This document shows positions 1-8,556 of a stretch of 32,000 nucleotides of DNA, piece after piece (within the stretch, counting starts at the first letter, position 1; every line of letters begins with the position of its first letter). The stretch comes from an uncultured Erysipelotrichaceae bacterium. GTDB taxonomy: Bacteria > Bacillota_I > Bacilli_A > Erysipelotrichales > Erysipelotrichaceae. The DNA is taken from the NCBI GenBank assembly GCA_942493105.1, contig OW818668.1, positions 60,001 to 92,000 on the forward strand, given 5' to 3'. Made by a program: the position numbers and the translations under genes. The notes below the pieces were generated by a model. The model did not search any database. It was not told the origin of the DNA and was given only the letters and a program-made list of their open reading frames with translations.

Positions 1-51
1 CTCTTTTCCTTCTATTTCGACATGTAGATTCTTTATGTTAAGTGTGCTCAT
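1..51 (-). CDS. 5' end of an ABC-type ATPase gene running off the window (SufC-like N-terminus), partial
   Basis: ATG at 51..49 is preceded by GGTGA. The 17 visible codons, MSTLNIKNLHVEIEGKE, resemble the opening strand of SufC/ABC ATPases. It is too short to appear in the ORF track. Confidence 0.4.
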   Translation of the reverse strand, partial: MSTLNIKNLHVEIEGKE

Positions 52-98
52 AGATCATTCACCATTCTTTCTTTTTACGACTTCTTAAAGCATAAATA

Positions 99-107
99 AT
101 TATAACA
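99..107 (-). promoter_or_regulatory. Extended -10 element (TGTTATAAT) for the leftward ABC ATPase gene
   Basis: The minus strand reads TGTTATAAT about 45 nt upstream of the ATG at 51. No good -35 was seen. Confidence 0.3.
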
Positions 108-146
108 TAATGATTATGGCCAATTGTATCTGACGCACTATATTTC

Positions 147-175
147 TTGCATTATGGTCTGAATCAACTTATAAT
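147..175 (+). promoter_or_regulatory. Sigma-A type promoter for the prsA-like pair
   Basis: TTGCAT (147-152), a 17-nt spacer, then TATAAT (170-175). An AGGAGG RBS follows, just before the ATG at 203. Confidence 0.55.
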
Positions 176-202
176 AAGTAAGATTCCTTAGGAGGATTTG
201 AA

Positions 203-1318
203 ATGTCAGTAGAAGTTAAAATTTTGATAGGATATGCTGCATTATTCGCTGCCGTATATTTGGTTGTGTTTGCAGTATTGAAGTTTAGTAAAGCTAAAAA
301 GAAACCTAAAGTTGCTAAAGCCATTGCTTCCAACTGGGGCTTTGCTTTAATAGCGACCGTTTTCGTAGCGATGATTCATATGTTTGCCTACAATATGACC
401 AAAGATTTGTTTGCTGATCTCTTGCCTTCCAAGCAAGTCGGCGGCAAAGATGTCGTATTTGAAGTCGGCGGAAAAGATGTCACGACCGATGAGTTCTATG
501 ATGAACTGTATAAATACTATGGTGATTATGCAGTCTACATCAACCTAAAAAGAGCGGTCATCGATGGTTCTGTAGAATCGACCAAAGAGATTACAGATCT
601 CATAAAAACCACCAAAGCCGATACGATCGCCTATTGGAAACAAATGGCTGAGGCTTATGCTCAATACGGTTATACGTATGAAACCATAGCCAAGTATTAT
701 TTGAACCAGGCTGATTTTAATTCACTGGATGATCTTGATGCATATATCAATCAAATCGTAAAGACCGATAAAATGAACTTTGCTTATCTCAATGAACATA
801 TGGATGAATATTTTCCAAAGTTCTTAACAGATAAGAAGCCTCGTATCGTCAGTCATATCTTGATTGCGATGGATGATCCTGCCAAACCTACAGCTGATGA
901 AACTGCTCGTTTACAGGCTGTTAAAGATGCCTTGGCTGGCGGCATGAGTTTTACGGATGCTGTTAAAGAATTCTCTGAAGACTCACAAACCAACCAAAAA
1001 GGCGGTTTGCTTGGATACATGGATAAAGATACCGAGTATCAAGCTAAGTTCCTAGAAGCTGCTTTAGCCCTTACAGAAGGCCAAACCAGCGCTTGGATCA
1101 CCACGACTTATGGTTATCATCTGATCAAGATGGAAGTTTCATCTTTAGAAGAATTGAAGAAAAATGATCAATTCTATTATGCGATCTTAAATGCAAATTC
1201 AAAGTTATCAACCAAGATCTTATGGGAAAATGCTCAAGCATTAAACATCAATTTCCATGGTAACACTGAACTTGAAGCCGCCATCAAGAAATTCCTTGGC
1301 GTAGAAGCACAGGACTAA
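203..1318 (+). CDS. Membrane-anchored PpiC/parvulin-type peptidyl-prolyl isomerase (PrsA-like foldase)
   Basis: It has an N-terminal TM helix (ILIGYAALFAAVYLVVFAVL). The parvulin core is intact: SHILIAM...GGLLGYMDKD...YGYHLIKME. A strong RBS precedes it. Confidence 0.85.
   Translation: MSVEVKILIGYAALFAAVYLVVFAVLKFSKAKKKPKVAKAIASNWGFALIATVFVAMIHMFAYNMTKDLFADLLPSKQVGGKDVVFEVGGKDVTTDEFYDELYKYYGDYAVYINLKRAVIDGSVESTKEITDLIKTTKADTIAYWKQMAEAYAQYGYTYETIAKYYLNQADFNSLDDLDAYINQIVKTDKMNFAYLNEHMDEYFPKFLTDKKPRIVSHILIAMDDPAKPTADETARLQAVKDALAGGMSFTDAVKEFSEDSQTNQKGGLLGYMDKDTEYQAKFLEAALALTEGQTSAWITTTYGYHLIKMEVSSLEELKKNDQFYYAILNANSKLSTKILWENAQALNINFHGNTELEAAIKKFLGVEAQD
435..481 (+). repeat. In-frame 27-nt-period duplication inside the prsA-like gene
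   Basis: aagtcggcggCaaagatgtc (435-454) and aagtcggcggAaaagatgtc (462-481) match at 19 of 20 nt. They encode VGGKDVVFE / VGGKDVTTD. Confidence 0.7.
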
Positions 1319-1321
1319 AAC

Positions 1322-2182
1322 ATGAAAAAATTACTTGTACTTGCATTAGCTGTATTCTTGCTAGGAGGCTGTTTTGATAAGACCACCAGCATCAGCGATA
1401 AGAAAACTGTATTGATCACCTTAGACAATGCAACCATCACCAAAGGCGATGTGTATAATGTCATGGGTAAAGTTGAACCTTACCCTGCTGTTGTCGCACT
1501 AACTTTATCCAAGAAAATGATCTTAGCGAAAGAAGTTGGTTTGACTGCAGAAGTTAAAACAGCTGCTGATGCTGAATTAGCTGCCTTCTTAGAGAAAAAC
1601 AAAGCAGATCTTGAAAAAGGCTTAAAAGATGCAGGATTCAAAACCCAACAAGAACTGTATGATGAAAAACTCATCGTCGAAGCACAATCTGATATCTTAG
1701 TTTCCAAGTATCTGGATACGACCTATGCAACCATCGTTTCAACCTATAAACCGATGAAAGCCAGAGTCATGGAAATTGAGAAGAAGGCTGACGCAACGGC
1801 TGCCTTAGCTGCCATAAAAGCAGGAGACTCGTTTGTAACTGTGGCTGATAAATATGGCAATGATGAATATACCAGCGACTTAAAAATCTACTATACCGGT
1901 TCTGATCTACCTGAGTTGGTTCTTACCTTCTTAAAAGGTCAAACCTTACCAACCTTATCCACCGTCATCGAAGATGCAACCAATGAACTTTACTACATTG
2001 TGCAAGTCAGCGTAGCTGATGGTAATGCCATTAAAGATGAAGTCATCACGACTTTCAAAAAAGAAGCGACATTTGTTCAATTGGCCTTGTTGGGTTATTA
2101 TGAATCCAATAAATTCAAGATCTATGATCGTACCATTTACGACATGATCGAAACCAATTATCCAGACTATATCATTCAATAG
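1322..2182 (+). CDS. Lipoprotein, PrsA/SurA-like chaperone with a degenerate parvulin domain
   Basis: Signal peptide plus lipobox LLGGC. The parvulin-like segment (ARVMEIEKK...AAIKAGDSFVTVADKYGND...LYYIVQV) lacks the two conserved His residues. It starts 4 nt after the upstream stop. Confidence 0.75.
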   Translation: MKKLLVLALAVFLLGGCFDKTTSISDKKTVLITLDNATITKGDVYNVMGKVEPYPAVVALTLSKKMILAKEVGLTAEVKTAADAELAAFLEKNKADLEKGLKDAGFKTQQELYDEKLIVEAQSDILVSKYLDTTYATIVSTYKPMKARVMEIEKKADATAALAAIKAGDSFVTVADKYGNDEYTSDLKIYYTGSDLPELVLTFLKGQTLPTLSTVIEDATNELYYIVQVSVADGNAIKDEVITTFKKEATFVQLALLGYYESNKFKIYDRTIYDMIETNYPDYIIQ

Positions 2183-2207
2183 ACCACGAGAAATCGTGGT
2201 TTTTTTA
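2183..2207 (+). terminator. Rho-independent terminator
   Basis: ACCACGA-gaaa-TCGTGGT followed by TTTTTTT, immediately after the stop codon. Confidence 0.85.
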
Positions 2208-2240
2208 TGCTAAAATTGAGATGTAAAAGAGGTGATCAAC

Positions 2241-2642
2241 ATGTGTATATTTTGTAGAATCGCTACTCACGACATACCCAGTTCAATCGTTTATGAAGAT
2301 GATCATTACCTTGCCTTCTTAGACATCGCACCGGTCACAAAAGGTCATACTTTGATCATTCCTAAGGCTCACTACAATGATTTTACGATGACCCCCGGCA
2401 GTGTCATCAAAGATATTGCTGAAATTGCCAGGAAGCTGACAAAGCACTATGATGCGGTTTTAAGACCCAATGGCTATAATTTCTTAAGCAATGCGAAAGA
2501 AGCAGCTGGTCAAAGTGTTGCCCATGTTCATTTTCATTTGATACCCAGATATGATGAAATGGATGGATTGGTGTTAATGTTTAAAGGCAGAGACAAAGAT
2601 AAACTCAGCGAAGAATTAAAGGTCGATCTCAAAGTAAAATGA
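2241..2642 (+). CDS. HIT-family (histidine triad) nucleotide hydrolase
   Basis: Histidine triad HVHFHLIPR and an N-terminal CxxC (CIFC). I prefer the ATG at 2241, which has a GAGGTGA RBS, over the GTG at 2232 used in the ORF track. Confidence 0.9.
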   Translation: MCIFCRIATHDIPSSIVYEDDHYLAFLDIAPVTKGHTLIIPKAHYNDFTMTPGSVIKDIAEIARKLTKHYDAVLRPNGYNFLSNAKEAAGQSVAHVHFHLIPRYDEMDGLVLMFKGRDKDKLSEELKVDLKVK

Positions 2643-3265
2643 TCAAACAAGACTGGAAGAAAGATGAAAAGCACATCTATGCTTCAAAAGCTTTGCCTAC
2701 ACGTCTCAGTGTCCCTTCTTTCAAATATTTAACCATTCAAGGCAAAGGGGCACCTGGTTCAGCAGCCTTTCAGAGCGCCATAGAAGCCCTCTTTTCTTTG
2801 TCATATGGGTTGAAGTTTGCGCCTAGAAAAGGCTTTGTCATAGAAGGCTATGTCGATTATGCAGTCTATCCTTTAGAAGGACTATGGGATATAAGCGATG
2901 AAGCCAAATTAAAATCAATATGGATTAAAGATGATTTTATCTATACCCTTATGATCAAACAACCTGACTTCATTCTGGAACATCACGTAGAAGAAATCAA
3001 GAATCGATTGAAACAAAAAAGTGATTGCCCTTATGATCACGTAAAACTTGAAACGATTGAAGACGGCGAATGTATGCAGATCTTGCATCTTGGATCATTT
3101 GATTCTGAAGCACAAAGTTTTGCGATCATGGATAATGCGTTAAAAGAGCTTGGTCTTATGCGTAAAGTAAAAGCCCATAAAGAAATATACTTATCTGATT
3201 TTACAAAGACAAAGCCAGAAAATCTTAAAACGATCTTACGGATCTTTATTACATTGGCAAAATAA
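2639..3265 (+). CDS. GyrI-like small-molecule-binding domain protein
   Basis: About 205 aa, with KDEK.IY...P..L.VP...YLTI.G.G.P, YPLEGLWD and ILHLGSFDSE, all typical of the GyrI-like family. An ATGA overlap with hit implies translational coupling. Confidence 0.7.
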   Translation: MIKQDWKKDEKHIYASKALPTRLSVPSFKYLTIQGKGAPGSAAFQSAIEALFSLSYGLKFAPRKGFVIEGYVDYAVYPLEGLWDISDEAKLKSIWIKDDFIYTLMIKQPDFILEHHVEEIKNRLKQKSDCPYDHVKLETIEDGECMQILHLGSFDSEAQSFAIMDNALKELGLMRKVKAHKEIYLSDFTKTKPENLKTILRIFITLAK

Positions 3266-3299
3266 AAAGTCTCACTTTATATCACTTGAGACTTTTTTT
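3265..3299. terminator. Bidirectional terminator between convergent genes
   Basis: AAGTCTCA (3267-3274) pairs with TGAGACTT (3287-3294). It is flanked by an A-run upstream and a T-run downstream. Confidence 0.7.
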
Positions 3300-3307
3300 G
3301 TTCTTTT

Positions 3308-4549
3308 TTATTCTATTACCTTTATATAGGTTCTGACCATATTCATCCAACAGTGAATCTCAAGTCGTCCTGTTTTAGTGGGTGTAAAAATGATAGGCTG
3401 AGGATTTTTTAAGATATCGATTTTTTGATTTGACCACGTCAGAATCAAAGGATTGGCACAGCCTAATGAATTCTCATACCCATCAAAGATGATCTTGACG
3501 GCTTGGTTGACTTTAACAGTATTCGCATCTAGTTTATATTGACCATTGACGATCTTGAGATGAAGGACTTGAGTTCCATCGATCACAGGGGCTTGATCAC
3601 TTGAACTGACATTTCCAATCAGTGCCATAACTGGTTGATACACGTAGGGCGACTGTAAAATGATTTGAAAGCCCATCATCGCCACAATCAAAGCTGAGAT
3701 GAGTTTAATACTTTGTCCTTTAATGGCAGATAATCGGGTTGCGAACCATTGCATCATCATAAGTGATGGTGCTGTAGTCAATCCAAAGATCAACATTACA
3801 GTACCACCCAACCACATGTTGGTGGTACTCAAGGCAATAATTTGCATCGTCTGTAAAGAACCGCAAGGCATCAGTGCATTCAATAATCCAACGATAAACG
3901 ATCCATAAGGTTTATTCTTGGTTTTAAACGTAAATGAAGGAAGTTTTACTTTAAGGATGCCTGCCATCTGTAAGGCTAAAGCCAACATCCAAATGCCTGC
4001 AAACAAAAGTAAACCATTCTTAAATCCTGTAGAAATGGTAAATACTTCGCCCAGTGCCCCTAAGATTAATCCACTAACCGTATAAGATATCAAACGCCCT
4101 ACTTGATACGACCACATCCCATTCATCGGTTTGATGCCTTTACGATTGAGCACAGTACCCATCGCAATCGATCCGCACATTCCAATACAGTGAAGTGAAC
4201 TGACTAAACCATAGGCGATGATCAGATTAAAACTAAACACTTCTTGAGTTGGATCAAACAAAAGTCTTCCATATAAGATCGATACTCCAAAATAAACGAT
4301 CATTCCAAAGCTCAACAAAGCGACAAATTTCCAAGGGAAAGTCGCTTTGACGACATGATAACCTAAAGGAGCAATTACTTTTTCAAGCTGAGGATCCTCA
4401 GGAAGGTTCTTGCCTTGGATGTAGACAAAGCCAGTTTGATAACTGGCTGAGACTTGTTTGACACCAGGCAAACGTTTGAAAGCTGAGGTTACTTTTTGTT
4501 CACAGGAAGAACAAGTCATTCCTTCAACATTGATCTTACGTTCATCCAT
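3308..4549 (-). CDS. Three-module metal protein: HMA domain + multi-pass DsbD_2/TauE-like membrane domain + C-terminal cupredoxin-like domain
   Basis: N-terminal MTCSSC heavy-metal-associated motif. Intramembrane HCIGMCG and MPCGSLQ motifs. The soluble C-terminal beta domain ends in EIHCWMNM. The TAATG overlap with the csoR stop suggests coupling. Confidence 0.8.
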   Translation of the reverse strand: MDERKINVEGMTCSSCEQKVTSAFKRLPGVKQVSASYQTGFVYIQGKNLPEDPQLEKVIAPLGYHVVKATFPWKFVALLSFGMIVYFGVSILYGRLLFDPTQEVFSFNLIIAYGLVSSLHCIGMCGSIAMGTVLNRKGIKPMNGMWSYQVGRLISYTVSGLILGALGEVFTISTGFKNGLLLFAGIWMLALALQMAGILKVKLPSFTFKTKNKPYGSFIVGLLNALMPCGSLQTMQIIALSTTNMWLGGTVMLIFGLTTAPSLMMMQWFATRLSAIKGQSIKLISALIVAMMGFQIILQSPYVYQPVMALIGNVSSSDQAPVIDGTQVLHLKIVNGQYKLDANTVKVNQAVKIIFDGYENSLGCANPLILTWSNQKIDILKNPQPIIFTPTKTGRLEIHCWMNMVRTYIKVIE

Positions 4550-4851
4550 TAGCGAGTCAGTCTTTTAACAGTTGTCATAAGTTCATCCACGATTTCTGCT
4601 TTTCCAGCATGAATGTCTCTGATGACACAGGTTTTGATGTGTTGGGCAAATAATTGGCTTGCGAAAGCATCCAAGGCTGATTTGACAGCCGCAACTTGAA
4701 TTAAGATATCATCACAATACACATCCGATTCAACCATGGTTTTGATGCCGCGGACTTGACCTTCCAATCGATTTAAGCGATTGGTCAGATCGATGATTTC
4801 TTGATTCTCGCGATGAGTATGTTTGTGCATGTCATGATTCATGTGTTCCAT
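4549..4851 (-). CDS. csoR: CsoR-family copper-sensing repressor
   Basis: RLNRLEGQVRGI...YCDDILIQ..AV.SAL is the CsoR/DUF156 signature. I chose the start at MEHMNH (ATG 4851, GGAG RBS) because the longer ORF would overlap copA. Confidence 0.85.
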   Translation of the reverse strand: MEHMNHDMHKHTHRENQEIIDLTNRLNRLEGQVRGIKTMVESDVYCDDILIQVAAVKSALDAFASQLFAQHIKTCVIRDIHAGKAEIVDELMTTVKRLTR

Positions 4852-4852
4852 T

Positions 4853-7306
4853 TTAGGACTCCTTGAAGAAACGTAAACGTAAAGCGTTGGTGACGACACT
4901 GACTGAACTCATGGCCATCGCTGCTCCGGCAAACACAGGATTCAATAAAGGACCACCAAAATATGCAAAGACGCCTGCCGCAAACGGAATACCAATGATG
5001 TTGTAGATAAAGGCCCAGAATAGATTTTGTTTGATGTTGGTCATGGTTGCTTTTGATAAGGCAATGGCCTTAACCACATCATTTAAGTCTGATCTCATCA
5101 AGACGACATCGGCCGATTCAATGGCTACATCTGTACCACTGCCTATGGCTATTCCAGTATCTGCTTTGGTCAAGGCTACCGCATCATTGATACCATCACC
5201 TACCATCGCAACTTTATAACCTTCTGCTTTTAAACGATCGACTTCAGTTCCTTTATCTTGAGGCAATACTTCAGACATGACGATGTCTATGCCTGCTTGT
5301 TTGGCAATTGCAGCCGCTGTACGGCGATTATCACCAGTGATCATAGCAACCTTGATCCCAAGTTTTTTAAGCTTCCTAACGGTTTCTATGGCTTCTGGTT
5401 TCAAGAGATCCGCAATGGCCAATAAGCCTTGAAGTTTCCCATCAATGGCAGCCAGTAGTACAGTTTTTCCTTGATCAGATAATGCTTTGATTTGATCGGT
5501 TTCTTCATAAGATACATTGTTTTCTTTCATCCATGCTTCATTTCCAATCAGTATGCTTTGTCCATTGACTTTGGCACTTAAACCTTTTCCGCTTACTGCC
5601 ATAAAGTCGGTTGGGGAAGTCAAGGTTAAACCTTTTAACTTAGCAGCATCTAAGATCGCTAAAGCCAAAGGATGTTCGGAGACCGATTCAGCCGAAGCTA
5701 AGATCGATAATAAAGAATCTTTATCATCACCAAAACTTATGAAATCACTTAAGCTGGGTTTACCCTGAGTCAAGGTCCCTGTTTTATCAAAGATGATGGC
5801 TGTGGTATTATGCGCTTGTTCAAGAGCCTCTCCACCTTTAAACAAGATGCCCATTTGAGCTCCGCGACCAGTTCCTACCATAATGGCTGTAGGTGTCGCT
5901 AAACCTAAAGCACAAGGACAAGCAATAACCAAAACAGTTACGAAAATATTCAAGATATAGTCAAATGATTTTCCTTGCGTCATCCAAAAACCTGCAGCAA
6001 GAACCGCAATGATCATAACGATGGGTACAAAATACTGTGAAATCACATCTGCTAATTTAGCGATAGGCGCTTTTTGGCCCTGAGCATCTTCAACGAGTTT
6101 AATGATTCTGGCCAAAGCTGTGTCTTGACCTACAGCTGTTGCCTGCAAGGTCATTGATCCATTTTTATTTAAAGATCCGCCGATGACTTTATCATTGACT
6201 GTTTTATCGATGGGTAAACTTTCACCTGTCAGCATACTTTCATCCACGGCACTGTTTCCGCTGACGATGACCCCATCAACTGGAATTCGTTCACCTGGCT
6301 TAACCAGTAATACATCTTTTAAAGTGACTTCTTCAAGAGAAATCTCTTGAACTTCATCACCTACGATCAAATGGGCTGTTTTTGGAGCTAAACTCATCAA
6401 TTTCTTAATGGCTTGAGAAGTTTTGCCTTTAGAGCGCGTTTCCAACCATTTACCTAAAAGGATCAATGTGATGACCACACCTGCTGATTCAAAATATAAA
6501 CTTTCTGTGAGTTCTGTAAACCCTTGGGCAATCCTGATGGTGTTATAAGTCCCATAGATAAACGCAGCACCTGTTCCAATGGCCACCAAGGAATCCATAT
6601 TAGGCGATCCTTTTGATAGCGTTTTGAATCCTACCGTAAAGAATTTACGACCAGCAAATAGAATAGGAATACTTAAAAAGAACTGAATCAATGCGAAATT
6701 CAAAGGATTCTTATGATGATGAATGAGATCAGGCAGTTTTATATTGAGCTGTGGAAACATATGGGCCATCGCAATGATCAACAAAGGTATCGCAAAAACA
6801 GCCGCCAAAATTAACTTGGTGGTCATGGATTTCATTTCTTGAGCTTGTCTGATGCTTTCTTGATCAACCTGTTCTTTGGTTTCAATCTCGCTGGCTTTAT
6901 AGCCTGCTTTATCGACAGCCGCTTTTAAAGCGCTCATCTTGATGATGGACGGATCATAACTTAGGGTTGCTTTATTGGTGGTCAAATTGACACTGACAGA
7001 GCTGACTCCTTTTTGTTTCTTAAGGGCTCTTTCTACAGCACCGCTGCATGAAGCACACGTCATTCCTTCTATGTTTAAAACAGCATCTCGATCATGTTTG
7101 ATTTCAGATAAAGCATAACCTGCCTTATCGACAGCTTTTTGCAGTTCTTCAAAAGATAAATCTTGATCCGCTTGAATCAAGACTTTTTCTGTCGTTAGAT
7201 TGACATCGGCTTTCTTGACCCCTTCTACTTTATTAAGGGCTCTAGTGACAGCCATTGCGCAACTGGCGCAAGTCATTCCACTGACAGCATAGGTTTTTTC
7301 AATCAT
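4853..7306 (-). CDS. copA: Copper-translocating P1B-type ATPase
   Basis: Two N-terminal HMA domains (GMTCASC twice), the TM CPC motif ([11 protein letters not shown]), DKTGTLT, and [10 protein letters not shown]. Confidence 0.96.
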   Translation of the reverse strand: MIEKTYAVSGMTCASCAMAVTRALNKVEGVKKADVNLTTEKVLIQADQDLSFEELQKAVDKAGYALSEIKHDRDAVLNIEGMTCASCSGAVERALKKQKGVSSVSVNLTTNKATLSYDPSIIKMSALKAAVDKAGYKASEIETKEQVDQESIRQAQEMKSMTTKLILAAVFAIPLLIIAMAHMFPQLNIKLPDLIHHHKNPLNFALIQFFLSIPILFAGRKFFTVGFKTLSKGSPNMDSLVAIGTGAAFIYGTYNTIRIAQGFTELTESLYFESAGVVITLILLGKWLETRSKGKTSQAIKKLMSLAPKTAHLIVGDEVQEISLEEVTLKDVLLVKPGERIPVDGVIVSGNSAVDESMLTGESLPIDKTVNDKVIGGSLNKNGSMTLQATAVGQDTALARIIKLVEDAQGQKAPIAKLADVISQYFVPIVMIIAVLAAGFWMTQGKSFDYILNIFVTVLVIACPCALGLATPTAIMVGTGRGAQMGILFKGGEALEQAHNTTAIIFDKTGTLTQGKPSLSDFISFGDDKDSLLSILASAESVSEHPLALAILDAAKLKGLTLTSPTDFMAVSGKGLSAKVNGQSILIGNEAWMKENNVSYEETDQIKALSDQGKTVLLAAIDGKLQGLLAIADLLKPEAIETVRKLKKLGIKVAMITGDNRRTAAAIAKQAGIDIVMSEVLPQDKGTEVDRLKAEGYKVAMVGDGINDAVALTKADTGIAIGSGTDVAIESADVVLMRSDLNDVVKAIALSKATMTNIKQNLFWAFIYNIIGIPFAAGVFAYFGGPLLNPVFAGAAMAMSSVSVVTNALRLRFFKES

Positions 7307-7311
7307 ATGAT

Positions 7312-7518
7312 CTACTTTTCAGTTAACGTATAGCCAGCTTCAGCGACTGCATGCTGAAGGACAGCAAACTGTATCCCATCAGAATTGACCAAAGCTGTTT
7401 TTTCGGCCAAAGATACTTTGACGTCTTTTACACCTTCAACTTCTTTCAATGCCTCTGTGACGTGGTGTACGCAATGCATACAAGTCATTCCTTCTACTGC
7501 ATATGTTTTAATGGACAT
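7312..7518 (-). CDS. copZ: Copper chaperone
   Basis: A 68-aa HMA protein with an MTCMHC metal-binding loop, directly upstream of copA. Confidence 0.9.
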   Translation of the reverse strand: MSIKTYAVEGMTCMHCVHHVTEALKEVEGVKDVKVSLAEKTALVNSDGIQFAVLQHAVAEAGYTLTEK

Positions 7519-7537
7519 TTTGTTTTACCTCGGCCTT

Positions 7538-7566
7538 ATTGTATACCCCCCTTGGGTATAATGCAA
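7538..7566 (-). promoter_or_regulatory. cop operon promoter with an embedded CsoR operator
   Basis: The minus strand has TTGCAT (7566-7561), a 17-nt spacer, then TACAAT (7543-7538). The spacer holds the inverted repeat TATACCC-N5-GGGTATA (7542-7560), which matches the G/C-tract palindrome type bound by Firmicute CsoR. Confidence 0.7.
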
Positions 7567-7581
7567 GTAAAATGATTGCAA

Positions 7582-7606
7582 GAAAAAATCGTCGATGTTG
7601 ACGATT
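7582..7606 (-). terminator. Rho-independent terminator of yhaM
   Basis: On the minus strand, AATCGTC-aacatc-GACGATT is followed by a T-run and starts at the stop codon. Confidence 0.8.
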
Positions 7607-8556
7607 TATTTCTTGAAGGTTTTTGGTTTATAGAACATACGGTTTTCTAAGGCAAAGATCCTGGCTGTAAAGGTTCCTTCTTCGATCCCTGTTAAAGCCT
7701 TAGCAAACATATTCATTCTGGCATCGATATTATCGATGTAGTTTAAGATTTCAGCCTCCATGATCAAAGGCAAGACTGGTGACCCATATTCATATTCACC
7801 ATGATGAGACAAAATCAAATGTCTGATCAAAGTCACTTGTTCAGATTCAGCGACACCCAATTGTTGAGCGACTTCATTGACTTTGCTTTGCATGATTGAA
7901 ATATGTCCCACGAGTTTACCAACCAATGTATACTCGGTCAAGATCGGTCCTGATAATTCTACGACTTTACCCAAATCATGAAGTAAGATCCCGCTGATCA
8001 ATAAGTCTCTGTTTAAAGCAGGATAAAGTTCACAGAATGAATTGGCTAAATCGATCATCGCAATCACATGGGTCGCTAAACCACCTACAAAATCATGATG
8101 ATTACGTGCTGCAGCTGGATAAGTAAAGAACTTATCATTGTACTCGCTTAGGACTTTTTCAGTCACTTGGCGAATGATTGGGTCTTGTAGAGAACTAAGT
8201 GCCTCTTCTATTCTTTCATGCATGTAGGCGTCTGTTAAAGGCGTAGAAGCCACATAATCAGCTGGATTGGTTTCACTAGGATTAACAAGACTTAAGTTAT
8301 AGAGTCTAAGTTGTAATACACCTTTATAGCGTAAAACTTCACCATTGATCAAAATAACAGATCCAGGTTTTACGCCTTCTAGCATTTCTTCTTTGGCATC
8401 CCAAAGCTTTGCTTCAATTGAGCCTGTTTTATCTTGTAAGGTAAAGGATACATATGGAGCTCCATTGTTGGTAACTCCAGGATTCATTGCATTGACCAAC
8501 AAGGTCGTCATGATCTTTTCCTGTTCAATAAATGCACTAATGTTAACTCTGCTCAT
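7606..8556 (-). CDS. yhaM: 3'-5' exoribonuclease YhaM (OB-fold + HD domain)
   Basis: It appears collinear with B. subtilis YhaM, as recalled from memory: SFTLQDKTGSIEAKLWDA, YPAA..NHH.F.GGLA.H, LLHDLGK, LILSHHG, FALENR.FYKP. The start at MSRVN (8556) fits the length of known homologues. Confidence 0.9.
   Translation of the reverse strand: MSRVNISAFIEQEKIMTTLLVNAMNPGVTNNGAPYVSFTLQDKTGSIEAKLWDAKEEMLEGVKPGSVILINGEVLRYKGVLQLRLYNLSLVNPSETNPADYVASTPLTDAYMHERIEEALSSLQDPIIRQVTEKVLSEYNDKFFTYPAAARNHHDFVGGLATHVIAMIDLANSFCELYPALNRDLLISGILLHDLGKVVELSGPILTEYTLVGKLVGHISIMQSKVNEVAQQLGVAESEQVTLIRHLILSHHGEYEYGSPVLPLIMEAEILNYIDNIDARMNMFAKALTGIEEGTFTARIFALENRMFYKPKTFKK

Noticed and set aside
4852-4899. Longer N-terminal extensions given by the ORF track: csoR to 4899, pyrR to 17369, PFOR to 14380, yhaM to 8604, hit from 2232, and the permease to 27878 (TTG).
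   Set aside because: In each case an internal ATG with a proper GGAG/AGGAGG RBS gives the length expected from homologues. The extensions overlap upstream genes, promoters or the tRNA promoter.
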